Positions 50,570-63,800 of a DNA stretch of 64,000 nucleotides are shown here, in pieces (within the stretch, counting starts at the first letter, position 1; each line of letters starts with the position of its first letter). The notes beneath the pieces are model-generated. The model worked only from the letters and a program-made list of their open reading frames with translations. It was not told where the DNA came from and did no database searches. Origin of the DNA: Takakia lepidozioides. Taxonomy: Eukaryota; Plantae; Bryophyta. Location of the stretch: the NCBI GenBank assembly GCA_030704615.1, contig CM060734.1:23684001-23748000 (forward strand), given 5' to 3'. The position numbers and the translations under genes are program-made.

Positions 50570-50854
50570 TTAGAGTTGGAGAAATTCCAAAATCCGGCGA
50601 ATGGTACTTGTCAAGTATTCGGCTCTTCGTTCTTGACTCAAATGATTTATAGGTCCCTGCAACCATCGATCGTGTCCAACACCTTGAACTTGGGACCACG
50701 CAGTGATTTGAGCATTCTGATTTTCGAAGTTGCCTTCAAACATGATTTCGTTGTCATCTGGGTCCAAAGCCTCAACCTCCAACAGAATTATCAGACTTCG
50801 AGTAGACTCCACTTGCCGTCGTACGGGGTTCAGACGAGGAAGTATGCGTCGCAT
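50570..50854 (-). CDS. Possible extra ORF between pol and the PPT (94 aa)
   Basis: Sense-strand ATG-initiated ORF with no recognisable motif. Confidence 0.3.
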   Translation of the reverse strand: MRRILPRLNPVRRQVESTRSLIILLEVEALDPDDNEIMFEGNFENQNAQITAWSQVQGVGHDRWLQGPINHLSQERRAEYLTSTIRRILEFLQL

Positions 50855-52597
50855 TGGTGGTCCATCGTCTCGAGAGCGTCGGCGTGATGTTGAAGGTCGT
50901 GAGAGTCAGAAAGGCTGATCTGGTAGTTGGGTAAGCGACAACTCGAATGTATCTGGTTCCTGTGACTCCATACTGCCAATACAAGATGCAAAAGTGCTGG
51001 AAGTGCTGGAAGTGTAGCTATATACTGATGTGTGGTGCTCCTCCCTCCTTAGCGTGTATCAGGTACATTGAATGTGGAGTTTTCACCTTGAAGCTAACTT
51101 GGCTGACATCATCGTTATAACGTCTTATTGACGTGTAGCTCGAGGCTTAGCTGGATATCGTTGATGAAACTCTTGGATTTTGTCAGATGCATTGGCGAGG
51201 TTGGATGAAGGTTCTCATGTTCGTTCGCTGATGTCGTAGTCTTTCCAATGTACGAAATAATCAAGACGTTTATACTTGATGCGAGAGTCTAGGACTCGTC
51301 GACTTCATACTCAATTTCCTGATTGACTTCGACTGGTGGAGGTGGTACGGAGACTCTCCCTGGAATATTTGATGGATGATACAACTCCAATAATGAAACA
51401 TGAAAGACTGGATGGATGCGCATACTTCGTGGGAGTTCAAGCCTAAAACTCACCGGATTTATTTGTCGAATAATTTTGAATGGTCCCAGGCGTTGATAAT
51501 ACAACTTCTTTGATGGTCGCGAGGTTTGTATGTCTTGTCGAAGAAGCCATACACGATCTCCGACCTTGAACTGGGGTTGGAGTTGGCGACGTTGATCTGC
51601 ATACTCCTTATTTTTGAGCTTCTGCGAGGTGGAATGTAAGCTCCTTGTGAATTGTAGCAAAATGAATAGCAAGCTTTTCTATAGCAGGGCTTCCAACAGT
51701 CTTCATGTGGAAAGGGTTTGCTCAAGGATGATGACCATAATTGGAGAAAAATGGAGTTTGTTTGGTCGAAGAATGTATAGTGTTGTTGTAGGCAAACTCA
51801 GCCAATGACAGAAGGTCTGTCCAATTATCTTGGTGATAATTTATCGTACAGCGAAGATACTGCTCCAAAATCTAGTTTACGCGTTCGGTTTGACCATCAG
51901 TCTGTGGATGTTTAGCTGTAGAGAGGTTGATCTTAGTATCCAATATGTGAAATAATCCCCTCCATAAATTTGATATGAACTGTGGTCATCGATCATATAC
52001 GATGTGCTTCGGGAGTCCATGAATGCGGTAGATATTATTGAGGAAGAGTCTTGCAGTTTCCTCGCCGGTAACCGTCTTATTACATGGAATGAAATGTGTC
52101 ATCTTCGTAAAACGATCTACAATAACAATGATTGAATCGGTGGTCTTGGAAATTGGAAGGTCCGTAATAAAGTCCATAGACACGGACGACCATGGACCCT
52201 TGGGAATGGGTAATGGTTGAAGAAGGCCGTAAGGTCGATGTCGTGGTCCCTTCGCTCTAGCACATATGTCGCAAGATTTTATAAATTCTTTCACGAGTTT
52301 CCACATTTGCGGCCACCAATAGTCCCTGGATATCAATTCCATTGTTTTGTTGAAGCCGAAATGTCCTCAAGGTTGCACACGTCAGTGACGTCACATCACG
52401 TCGGACCTGACGCTGACGCGACCAACGTCACGTCAGTTTTGCCGGAAAATCAGTAAAACATGAATTAGATGAAAAATATGCCACGTAGGTGGACACGTTG
52501 TATTCCAAACGACACATTGGCAAGTGAATGAATTGTTTTATAAATTACTCCATCCGCCAATAGTTGAGGTCATTTTTAAATCATTATTGTTAAATTG

Positions 52598-53340
52598 GTG
52601 CGACCTCCAAATGGTGGTGGTCGCAGAATTTATCTTATTTTTTAATAGTTGCGACCACCAGCAAAGGGGTTGTCGCAGCATTTTTTATTTTTTTAAAATA
52701 GATGCGACCACCAGCGGGGGTGGTCGCATTTTTTTCGTTTCTTAAACAGTTGTGACCACCGCTACTGGTGGTCGCACAATTTTTATTTTATTTGTAATAG
52801 ATGCGACCACCATCAGGGGGGTGGTAGCAACATTTTTCTATTTTTTAATATCTACGACCACCAGCATGGGGGTGGTCGCAGCATTTTTCTGTTTTTTTAA
52901 TAGGTGCGACCACCAGCAGGGGGGTGGTCGCAATTTTTTTTATTATTTTATTTTATTTTTATTTTTAAATATTCTTTGTGACCACGAGCATGGGGATGGT
53001 CGCAACATTTTTTTTAATAGGTGCGACCACCAGCATGGGGGTGGTCGCAGAATTTTTTTATTTGTTTAATAGGTGCGACCACCAGCAGGGGGGTGGTCGC
53101 AGAAATTTTTTGTTTTTTTAATAGGTGCGACCACCAGCACGGGGGTGGTCACAACAATTTATTTATTTTTATTTATTTATTTTATTTTTAAATAATCTCT
53201 GTGACCACGAACATGGGGGTGGTCGCAGCATTTTTTTTTTTTTTTAATAGGTGCGACCACCAGCATGAGGGTGGTCGCAACAGTTTTTTTTTTTAAAAAA
53301 ACATGCGACTTCCTCGTGCGACCTGGAGCGGTCGCAGCAT
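52598..53340. repeat. Subterminal TGCGACCACC-N-GGTGGTCGCA palindrome array
   Basis: About 14 copies with T-rich spacers. Confidence 0.93.
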
Positions 53341-53678
53341 TGGATCTGATTCATCGAGCGTGTGAGGCTTGGAGGCTGGAGGGTATATAAGGTGGTCCCA
53401 ATGCCCCTCAGTTCTTTTGTGGCAAATACTTTTGTGGCGAGTGAATGTTCTCTATTCCTTGAGCTAGAGTGTAAGCCCAAGAGGAGGGTGCGGACTTTTT
53501 GTTGTTGTGGCTTCCACCAGAGCCACTGCAGCAAATTGTCGATAAGCACAATATTACATGGTGCATTGATCAACTTGGATTGATGCCGTAGTGTTGGGCC
53601 ATCGCATTCTGTTCTAACTTCTATTGCTCTTGGCAAATCTACCAAGTACACTAGTGTTCTTCGTTCAACCTTAAGTCT

Positions 53679-55487
53679 GTGGTTAGGGTTTTGGGTGTGA
53701 GGATGAGGGAGGAGTGGATCATTTGGTTCACCATAGACCCGCACAAAAATGACGGTGTTCAATGCAATCTTTGTGCATTGAAGCTGGCAGGTCGCAAAGG
53801 TCGCATGTTATATCACCTCGGCTACAGAGATGGAAAGAATGCAGGGGTTAGTTTGTGCCCAAAAGCCTCCATACGAGTGAAAACCCACTTTGCCCAATGT
53901 GGAGGCAATATCCTACTGTCTCTTGATGTGGCCGCGGCTTCTAAGCCAAACACTCCAGGTTCGAATCAAACTATCCCTCAGAGTTGTACCCAGGGGGATT
54001 CTTGCGAGGCGTCTACTGTTCGTGGAGAAGCCAGTGGGTCAGGAGCAACACCCAATTGTACGCTAGTACTTGTACGGACCAGACCATTAAGGCAACAATC
54101 AATGCAAGAAGGCTTAAATTTGTCGCACAGGAGGACTCTGGATAAGAAGTGGGCCCAATTTTTCTACGAGGCCAATATTCCGTTCAATGTCTCAAGGTTT
54201 CCTGCGTTTGTGGCTGTTGTCAAAGCCACGTCCGATTTCAAGTCCACATACACACCTCCGAGTTATCGCGATCTCCGCACATGATTGCTAGAAGAGGCTA
54301 TGTCCGACCTCACCCAAAAGGTGAATGAAAAGACAGGTGATTCTCTCCGGAAATATGGAAGCACTATATGTGCGGACGGTTGGAGTTCTGTTACTAATCG
54401 ACCACTGTTCAATGTCATGCTGGTCTGTCCTGCGGGGTAACAATTTTTGGGATCCGTTGACACAAGTGGGGAGAGAAAAGATGCACGTTATCAAGCAGGT
54501 TGTTGACGAGTTACATCAATAAAATTGGAGCTGATAAAATTGTCCAAGTGTGCACGGACAATGCATCTAACATGGTTAATATGGCCGATATTTTGATTGT
54601 ACGATATCCCATCTATATTACAAGGGTGTGCTACTCATATCTTTGATCTCCTTTTGGAGGATTGGGAAAAAGAATCATGGATGAAACAACTAGTAAAAAG
54701 GGCAAAGTCAGTTGTGACGTTCATTCGTACACATCACATCCCTCTGGCATTGTTTAGAAAGCATGAACCCAAATACAGCCTTAGGAACCCGGGTGAAACC
54801 CGCTTTGCCACAAACTTTTTGATAGTGGATCGACTGGTGACTGTGAGGGCGGGTCTGGAGCAGGTGATCATTGACCCTCAATGGGATGTGTATGTGGGCA
54901 CCTTACGCGACTCTCGTAAGTCCAAGTCTTTGAGCAAAAGTCGGAGGGTCCGCGCAATCATTCGCTCCGACGATTTTTGGGCGAAATGTGCAAATTTTGT
55001 GTACATGGTGGAGCCGGTGTTGATTGTTTTGCGGGAGTTTGATGGAAAACAACCAATAATGGGTAAAGCATGGTTGATATTGGAAAACCTTGAGAAGCAC
55101 GTGCAATCCTTGAGGCGTCCTCCATTTTCTATGGACGATGATTTGGCGGCAAGGACCGAGGATGCATTTTACGACCGCAAACGGATGGTTCGCACGGACT
55201 TGCATTATGCGGGGGCCTTGCTGAATCCATTCTTGCTGGACAATACGGATTTGAGAGACGATGTGGATGCCAAAGCCGGGCTTGTACAGGTCATTATGCA
55301 ACTTGCGCCCTTGAACATGGCAGAGCGAGCGTTGTCCGAGTACCAGTGCTTCTCGGATCGGCAGAATCCTTTCCATGACATGTCGTATCCAAAAACAATG
55401 AACATGTTGCCACATGAATGGTGGGATCTAATTGGAGCTGGAGCAAGAACGTTAGCTCCCATCGCAAAGCGTATTCTTGCTCAAGTA
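53679..55487 (+). pseudogene. hAT transposase (BED-like finger, DUF659-type core, start of dimerisation domain), disrupted
   Basis: CNLC..H, FFYEANIPFN, CADGWS, VCTDNA, CATH, ETRFAT and EWWDLIG...KRILAQV. Confidence 0.92.
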
Positions 55488-56709
55488 GAGTAGTTGCCTA
55501 CCTTGCAAGTCTTGGCGACTACCGCTTTCACCAAGCGGCTGATGGAATCTTCAGACAGCTCCGTGGTCGCCCGAATCATGTTTAATTGACGAGGCTTCAC
55601 GCACTTCTTAGCCATGTGCCCGGGCTCCCCGCAATTAAAGCACTCCATCGAAGGTCGCCTTCTGTCCGCCACAAGCCGTCGCATCTGATTTTCTTTTCGG
55701 AGCACCGGGTGCCGCCTTGACATGTGAAGGCCCTCCCTTTGATTTCCATGTGCCATTGTTGCCGCATGGCCTATCCCACTTCTTTTCCGGTCGGAAGGAG
55801 TCACCCTCCCACCAAGTTTTCTTGTGGTTCAGCTCCGTACGGCCTTGTCTTTCGCCCCTAGGGACATCCGAGAAACATTCAGCCCTTTCAATTGCCTCGT
55901 TCAAAGTCTTAGGTGGCTTCTCCTCCAACTTCCGCCTGGCCCATGGGGCCAGTCCCGCCACAAAATTGAAGACCATTTCTGGTTCCGAAATATCCGCAAC
56001 TTTGAGCAACAGCACATTGAAAGCCTGAACATATCCCCGAATGTCATCCGTTTGCTTCAAATTCTTCATCTTGTCTCGGACGAGCCAAGACGCATTGAGG
56101 GGAACAAACTGTCTTTTCATAAGTTTCTTGAACCCACTCCAGTTCAAGGTTTCCGGGTTTGGACCTTGGTCATGAAGGCGTTTCTGCCACCATTGTTGAG
56201 CATAGCCCCTCAAATAGGTGGGAGCCAATTCCACCCGATCCTCGTCACTCAACTTGGCCGCCCGGAAGTACTGCTCTAGCTCCAAGAGCCAGGTGTTGAG
56301 TGCCTTCCAATTTTCGGATGCCCTCAAAGGTGCCGGGTTCCTTAGGCTTCACCTTAAATTTTGCCTTTGTGGAAGTGGCATTAGCCGCCCTCAACACGTC
56401 TTTCAACGTCCCGCCAAACTGCGCCAACAACCCTTTCCAAAAGGCTGCTGGCATGGGAGGCATCTGTTGGTCTGCCGAAACCTCCGGGAAGTCCTCAGGC
56501 TCCGACTCCCCAGATTCCTCCCGTTCTTGAGCGGCCTCGCTTTCAAAAGCATGAATCGCCTCCTCAAATTGTCGCCTCGGTGACACGTCGCCTCCACCGG
56601 GCTGACCAGGATCATCATCTTTCGGGCCGTTCCGCTTTCGCTTTGGCTTGCCCGACCCTATGATGAGGCCGATCTCAAGGATGATCGCGTACTGAACTCT
56701 AAGCTCTGA
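55488..56709 (-). pseudogene. gag: Chromovirus (Galadriel-like) PBS remnant, gag and start of protease; frameshifted
   Basis: WLLELEQYF, YLRGYAQQWW, LKQTDDIRGYVQAF and CFNCGEPGHMAKKC. TCAGAGC PBS remnant at 56703-56709. Confidence 0.9.
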
Positions 56710-57045
56710 CCTCTTCACCGTCTGAACAACTCTCTCTGCCAAGCCGTTAGCCTCAGGATGATCCCGAGAAGTGGTGTGGTGGTCTATCAAGGCTTTATCA
56801 CACAAAGCCTAAAACTCCCCGAAGAACTCTCTCCCTTGGTCCGTGAGTACCTCAGCTGGAGCACCGAATCAGCTAAGCACACGATCCAAGAATGCATACA
56901 CAACCCCCTCACTAGCCTTATCAGGCAATGGAACCAACTCAATCCACTTGGAGAAGTGCTCCACCATCACCAACATATATCTGTGGTCAAGACTCCCGTA
57001 GCCTAATCCCATGATCGGAAGAGGATGCAACTGATGTCGCACACC
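56710..57045 (-). pseudogene. Non-chromoviral Gypsy integrase core fragment
   Basis: GAPAEVLTDQGREF and HHTTSRDHPEANGLAERVVQTVK. Confidence 0.85.
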
Positions 57046-57112
57046 TCACTTCGGTAAGCTCCGCTTCAAGTCATAGTTACTCGCTTTGATGCGCGCGCCT
57101 AACTAACATCTT

Positions 57113-57285
57113 GGCCGCCCTCACCACCGACAGCATACTCTAGGATTGACCGGTGATCAAATCCGGCCTAATCCCTATGAAAGCAAGCGCCCACACAAAA
57201 CCAACATAGCGCACAGTCACGCATGCAGGTGTTGGGGGGGATCCAAACACAAGAAATCAAAACATCAATACCCCCACACCAAAAT
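57113..57285 (+). repeat. Inverted homolog of the LINE 3' tail and its flank (12940-13085)
   Basis: Shared CCTCACCA.CGA.AGCAT.CTCTAGGA...CCGGTGATCAA...AAGCGCCCACACAAAAC...GGATCCAAACACAAGAAATCA. Confidence 0.8.
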
Positions 57286-60200
57286 CCATCTGCAATGCTG
57301 ATCCTGCAGAATATCCCTGCCCAAAACCCCGGACTGACTGGCCTCCACCAAGAGAGGCTTTGGCAACTACAAGTACAAAGTAATAAAAATGGTAAAAAGA
57401 GGGAGGGGAAGAATAGAAGCCCAACCAAGCAAGATCTAATCCTGATCTATGCTATCAACTGCCAGACTTCTCTCAAAGTGCCTCGCTCTGCATGATGGTA
57501 AGGTGTAGGAGGTATATCTATGTCCAGAAACCTGCCACTAACCTTGTCCCAAGCTACAGTAGCTCGCTCTAACCAACCCTCCTCCTCTTTCTGCCAGGTA
57601 GAGACAAAGCAATACTCCCCTATCTCCCGCTCACTGAACACTAAAGAAAATAAAGGTAGGATCTGACAGTCTCTCAACTCGAAAGCTTTGAGACGGTTGC
57701 GGGTGTCCTCATTGCGAATGACTGCATCTCCTTCAAGCAGAACAAACTTGTCATTGCTAATGAACCCCCGCTCGTGGTTGCCTTGTGCAGAGCATGTCCG
57801 GCTGCAACCATGTCTGATTGCACAAACTTGTGTAGCTCCTGCTCTTCTGCTCCAGTACACCACGGCCTTGTGGCTGAACACCTTGGTCCCCAGGGCTGTC
57901 TTTGGCTGTGTTCCAAGCCTAGCTTTCACCCACTTTGGTATTTCACCTACAGCTGCAGAACTGCTGGCTCCAACAGAGTTCTGACTGTGTTGAGGCCCTC
58001 AACGCCAACTACAGCAGTTTGTTATCTACTGCTAATGCCTGACTCCCAGTATGCAATCAACTCGTCCAACTGCTCTCCACTCACATCAGTCTGAGTTCCT
58101 TGAGAAACATAAATCTTGTCCCCTTGTATGCACAGGCTAAGAGAAGAGACCTGCCTTTCAATCACGTCCTCATTTCCCCCAGCCATACAAGGAAGACATC
58201 CCCATATTTGTCTCTCATATAGACCACAACAGGTTGTAGAAACAAAATTGTGGATCTTTCATAGCACACTCACACTCAAAAAATTCCATAGATTTTTAGC
58301 AGAGTCTAGATAGGTAGATTTCCCCTTTCTGAAGCTATCCCCCCAAAAACTGAGTCAAACAGAGTCCATTTGACAAAGATATGACCAATTAGGCTCTAAA
58401 TCATTGAAATTAGATCAAAAAGGTTTTTTTTTTAAATTTATTTATTTAAATAATTAAATTTTTTAACACCAAAACGTTCTCGCCATTAAACGCTGTTCCC
58501 ACGTTATCTTAACAGGTTCCAAACGTGTTCATGTAGTTCTCACCACAGACTCCCTGGCAGCGTGACCTATATTTCCCAGGATTTCAATTGTGTTTACAAA
58601 TGCACCACAACAGCTCTTGGTTCCCAGTGACCTGCTCTCCTCCAGTCGAGATCCGTAGCTATGCCGACTCCCGAGCTTCGATCCTCCGCCTCCACTCCAT
58701 CTTGCAGCTTCTTACCTCCTAGCTCCCACCGAACTGCTATCCGCAGATGCTGTCATCTCCAGCCGAGACCTATGGCTATGTCGAGCCTTAATCATTTGCA
58801 CCAATATTCCCAACAAAAGCAGGAGCACTTACAATGCAACCCCGGAAAGCACCAGAGCTTAATAACTTGATCAAGAACGCTTACAGCCCTTCATGCGTGC
58901 TGATTATTCAAGGTGGCAGCAACAGATCCGCTATCACTGATTGTGTAAGCCTTTACATGGAATTGACATAGGCTGCCCTCAAGTTCTAGATTGTTAACAT
59001 AGGCCGAGCAGGTCGTGTAGTGAGCTGGGCCCCTTCTGTCTTCAAGGGACCGGCAGTTTCAGATGACACCACATTAATGCCTAAATTGTCATCCTTCCCT
59101 GCTCCCTTTTATCTGACCCCTCCACGGTCAGATTCTTCAAGCCGCATCAGATTCCAGCTTACAAGCCTTTCAATTGACGTTCAAAGTGCCACAGCTACAC
59201 TCGCTTGGTTATTCGGCAGAACTGATGTCGATAATGCAGGAAGGAAAATTTCTGGATCAGACCAGTGCATTGATCATTTCCCAAGACCATGTATGCTGCT
59301 TCTTCCGTTGGTTTTACCAAGATTGTACAATCTATGGCACCGTCAATTCATGCAGCCGCAATGTTTGAAACATGCACCATCTTGGCCGAGACTGGTTTGA
59401 TCCGCCAACAAAACACATATGCAGCCCAGGGTAGAATACATCCAAATCAAATAGGGGTATTTCCTGCCAACGCTTTACCTTCGGTGGAACAACCCATCTC
59501 ACAAAGAATTCATACCAGTTCCCAACGTATATGGAGCGACCTTGGAAATTAGATTCTCGCACGGTACATTTGAGAGCAGTTGTTAACCCAACTGGCTGGC
59601 TTCCTTGGTCGGGTACCTTTGCATTCAAGACCCTTTTCTATGCAGAGTATCAAGCAGGGGGTCTCATGTGGTCTCATGCAATCAGGTATGAAGACATAGC
59701 CGCCCACGCACATGCGAGACCAGCGATTAGGCCTGGAATCAGGCTCAAATGCTTCGGATTCCTGCACCTAGCAGCCACCATTCACACCAGCAGAAGCTCA
59801 TGCAGTCAGGTATGAAGACATAGCCGCCCCCTGGGAACTGTCTTGTACAATCCAATCACGGCATTCACAAAACATAGAAACAAGATGTGGTATGGGATCC
59901 TCAAAATCGAACTGCTACACCCTACGACTGATGGCATCGCGCTCTTGAAAGGCAACATGGCGTTCGTCATGGAGATGGCCTCCGGGACCCTAGTGCAAGG
60001 AAAAGTAAAGAAAGCATACGACCTCCTCGCCACTACCGACTACCTCTCCCTGTACATGACAAGCGAATCTCCAATGGTGCAATAAGCCTCCATCCCTTGT
60101 CATTGATCGATTGGTAAAGTTCGGCCCGCACATCCACAGTCTGAACGGACCTGCTCCACCTCGCCAACTTCTACAATCACACCAATGTGGTTCTTGCTAA

Positions 60201-60856
60201 GCTTCCCCCTCCCAACAGCTCGGCCACTCATCCCTTAGTGCTGGGAGATGCAAGCATGATACCGGAAGCAACGACGGGTGGATACAACCCACTTGCCCTG
60301 CTGGAATTCCATCACGCTGATCCCCTCGTCTGGGAATCACGAGCTCTGCAGCAAAACCATCCGCCGCGGCCACGCTGATCCTCCTACCACCGCAGCAGCC
60401 TGGTTTTGACACCAGGGACCCCACCGCAACAGGATTACCTGTAGCGCACACTCCAAAATGAGAATGTGTAGGCAACCCTTGCGAATGCTTCCACCAGCCT
60501 CAAACAAACGGGCATCCCCAGCAACACTTCAAATGGTTTCCGCCTTCCTGTTCTACTCCACTCAGCACACATAGCTAGTCTAACCGCAGGCTCCCCGTGA
60601 CCAAGCTATATTCTAATAGTGCTTAAAAACAAAAACATCATATCTAGCTTAGCACTAGAAAACTAGATCGGCTCATCTCTCTCGAGTGATAGAAAACTAA
60701 GAACACACTGTTCACACGAGAAACATGAAATCCAACACCATCACTCTTTAAAAATAGTAGTCAAGCCAGGGGCACCCCAAGCTATGGGGACTCCACCCCA
60801 CAACAACCTATCCTCCCTTCATAAGCACACTCAGATTTTGAACGATGAAGGAGCTC

Positions 60857-63800
60857 GGTCGTGTAGGCTCAACTCGAGAGAGATGAGCCGCACGACTGAC
60901 GCTCTCGTGAAGATAAGACGGTTCAGGTGTCAAACTAAACTTGACACCTGACTTAACACTTGAACTAAATCCAAGTGTTAAATACAAATAACTAGCTTTA
61001 TTCTAGTTAGTTTCACACTGTGTTTATTTAACTTGACAGCAGCTTTCGAAGGGCGACCTCAAAAGCGGAAGAAGCGTTGATGGGGACATCAACCTTGGAG
61101 CGTGGGGAAGGAAATGCATGCTTAGCCCGGCTTAGCTAGCTCAGGAATCCGATTGCAAAAACTTGTATTGTACAAATTTTGTTATAAATGAAATGGTTTC
61201 CAAATGTTGTGCGTCCTATTTTATTGGGAATGATGATGCATGGTATGGTTGGCTAGTGTGTAGAATGCATGCTAGCTTATAAAAGTGGGAGAGGTAAATT
61301 GGGTTAATCGTGTGTTTGCGCACTGTCAAAATCGGGTGACTTCCACCCAAGGGGCAAGGAAACTTGCGCCTTCTTTGGGAGTTCACGCGCTAGTGCGCAC
61401 CTGACGCATGCGCATACTATAACTGTGCTACCGAGGGGGTTGCCTTGTAGTGCGGGCTAACGCGGAAGCTACGTGCTTCCATTCACATACTATAATCGTG
61501 TAGCCTCGGGACGAAGTCGTAGTGCGGCTTCGACGTGTTCCCGTACCTTAGGCCAGCATTCCAAGGCGGACCCAATTGTAGTGATTGGGGCGCACGGTTG
61601 GTTCAAGGTTATCTTCCTAGTCAAAAAGGGTTCAAGGTGAACCCTTGCTCAAGGTGATGCCAAAAAAGTGGCATCACGAGCGGTCGCAAGCAAATGTTGT
61701 TGCAGTAAGGCGATTCAATCCTTGAGGAGGATCGTTCCTTGGCCTTGAAGTGGGCCAAGAAGAGTACACTGGGAGGAGCTTGAGAGGCTCCACCCTTGGC
61801 CGGGACTTGGAGGAAGTCGCCCAAACTAGCTAGTGGAGAGTAGAGTCAAGTGTGGGGTTTGGTTCTTTGCCATGGGACGCCATGGTGCGGAAACAAACTC
61901 CTTGATGTGGGACGCCACAACTTGGATGTTCGTTTCTACAAAATGGACAAGTCGATGAGGACATCGACTCCCTGTTGGTAGGGGTGTGTGTCGCGGTCCT
62001 TTGCCTTGAGGGCAGGGGGTCGAGACACGAGAGGGGCTACCCTTGTGGTGGGGGTGGTGGCAACAATAGATGCGGGGGCTGAAGCACCCTTGAGTGCCCA
62101 AAGCACCCTTGAGTGCCCAAGGCACTCAAGGAGGCGGAGGCGCTCACTAGGTGGAGCCCCGCACACCGGGTTGCGGTGGGGGTGGTTCCACGAGGGGTGG
62201 TGGTAGTTTAGCGGGACTTAGTGGGGGTGGCATAGGACTCACCATCCTCCACCCTCAACTAGTGCAGAGTAAGACACAGACTCGGAGGCTTCATCAACAT
62301 GTGTGCAGTTTCATTCGCCATTGTTGTGGGACGACATGGAGGAGATGTATGGAGCTATCAAGGGGCCTCGTAGGTACTCTGGAGCTATGGGCACAATTGA
62401 GTTGGATGACTTTATCCAGGAGTTCGACAGCTGGTGTGATTTTGTAGCAGATGCACAATCCACAGCTGTTCACCCCATTCATGGCGTGGAAGGGACTGTT
62501 CCAGCATTTGGAAGGCCCGCCTATGGACGATTACCACGAGTTCAGGCGAGGACATGAAGCAGAGATTGAGGAGTGGAGGATGTATTGGTCACCTGACTAC
62601 GTCTCCATTACTCGAGGCACGACGCGACCAATAGCTGCATCAGCACTAATATCTCCCACTGCCAGCACTAGTAATGGAACAAGTAGTGCCGGTACTTCTG
62701 CAGGTGGTACCAGTTCAAAAGGTGCTATTACTCCTCCTGCCACGACTACAACACATGTGCCTAGATTCAACCCGGTGGTGGAGTTCTTCCAGGAGTTGCG
62801 GAGGAACTACCAAGGTGTACGGACAGAGAAGCTGCGAAGTTTGCAAGACTTCCAGCGCAAACCCAGTGAGAGCCTGCGAGAGGCGTACACTCGTATGAGG
62901 CGCTTGATAAGTGTGATCCAAGGGGTTATTGAAGCTCAGGCAATCCAGTTCTGGTATGGAATTTTGGACAAGGAGCTCAGGAGAAGGGTGCAGGATGCAA
63001 CCCTGTTACAAGCAGCCCAACCCACATTAGCAGATGTGTTTCTGCTGGCTGAGCGGATTGAGCTCAACATGGTGGAGGAGCGAGTTGTTACCATTGGATT
63101 TGGCAAAGACATGCCTGTACGAGGCGCAGCTGCCAGCCCACAGGCACAAGGGACTGCCCAACAGCGTGGTCAAGGGGGCAAGGTTTCCCAACCCAAATTT
63201 CATGGAGCTTACAGGGGACCTCAGGTGCAGAGGCCAGTAGCATCTTTTGCAAGCCAACAGCAACCAGGGGTAATATGTTGGACATGTGGAGGACCCCATG
63301 TCAAGAGAGATTGCCCAGAGAGTGGCAAAAGGCCGGCACAAGCACAGCCTGCACAGTTGCAGTGTGGGCATTGTGGCAAGTATGGGCATGGAGATGCCCA
63401 GTGTTATGACTTGCATCCTGAGTTGCGCCCAGGCCAGTTCCAAGGGAACAATGGTGGCCGGGGGCAAGCTGGACCAGCCCAGAGAGGACGAGGTGGCCGG
63501 GCACGAGGTGCAGGCCAAGGGCAAGCTCAACATGGCCAAGGACGCGGAGGTCAGGGTGTTGACCAAGGCATGGCCAACCGGCTTCAGCAGCTAGAGTAGA
63601 GGCTCGCTGCCATGGCTACACCTCAGGTGGTACCGGCTCCCCGACGGGATGGTCCACCTCTTGCTCCTGAGGGAGGAGATATGGGAGGCATGGGATTCAT
63701 GTGCGGAACAACACTACCACTAGAGCAGGTGGAGTCTGTTGCAGCCGTGACTCGAGGAGCAGCACGAGTTCCTCAGCCACGAGGTGCAGAGGTGGAGTTG

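Larger units (their letters stand above)
49858..52367 (-). mobile_element. Chromovirus 3' part: integrase, chromodomain, PPT and 3' LTR; cut by the hAT end
   Basis: HFGFNKT..YWWP..CDIC, SMDFITDLP, GPFKI, IHPVFHVSLL and EYEVDE..VHWKDY. PPT AGAGGAGGGGGTGA at 50516-50529. Confidence 0.93.
52368..55487 (+). mobile_element. hAT DNA transposon, 5' half
   Basis: Begins CAAGGTTGCAC exactly where the integrase is cut, followed by a subterminal array, a TATA box near 53385 and the transposase. Confidence 0.9.

Noticed and set aside
52598-53340. CRISPR-like appearance of the palindromic arrays (also 1-600, 24040-24750, 48010-49030)
   Set aside because: Spacers are low-complexity or repeat each other, the repeats are degenerate, no cas genes are present, and the context is eukaryotic TE DNA.
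56245-56805. Integrase-gag fusion ORF (and the similar protease/hAT chimeric ORF 22460-23290)
   Set aside because: These are chance read-throughs across rearrangement junctions.
57420-60480. Several 60-160-aa ORFs, possibly decayed LINE ORF1 or other TE sequence
   Set aside because: I could not identify any diagnostic motif, so the region is left unannotated.
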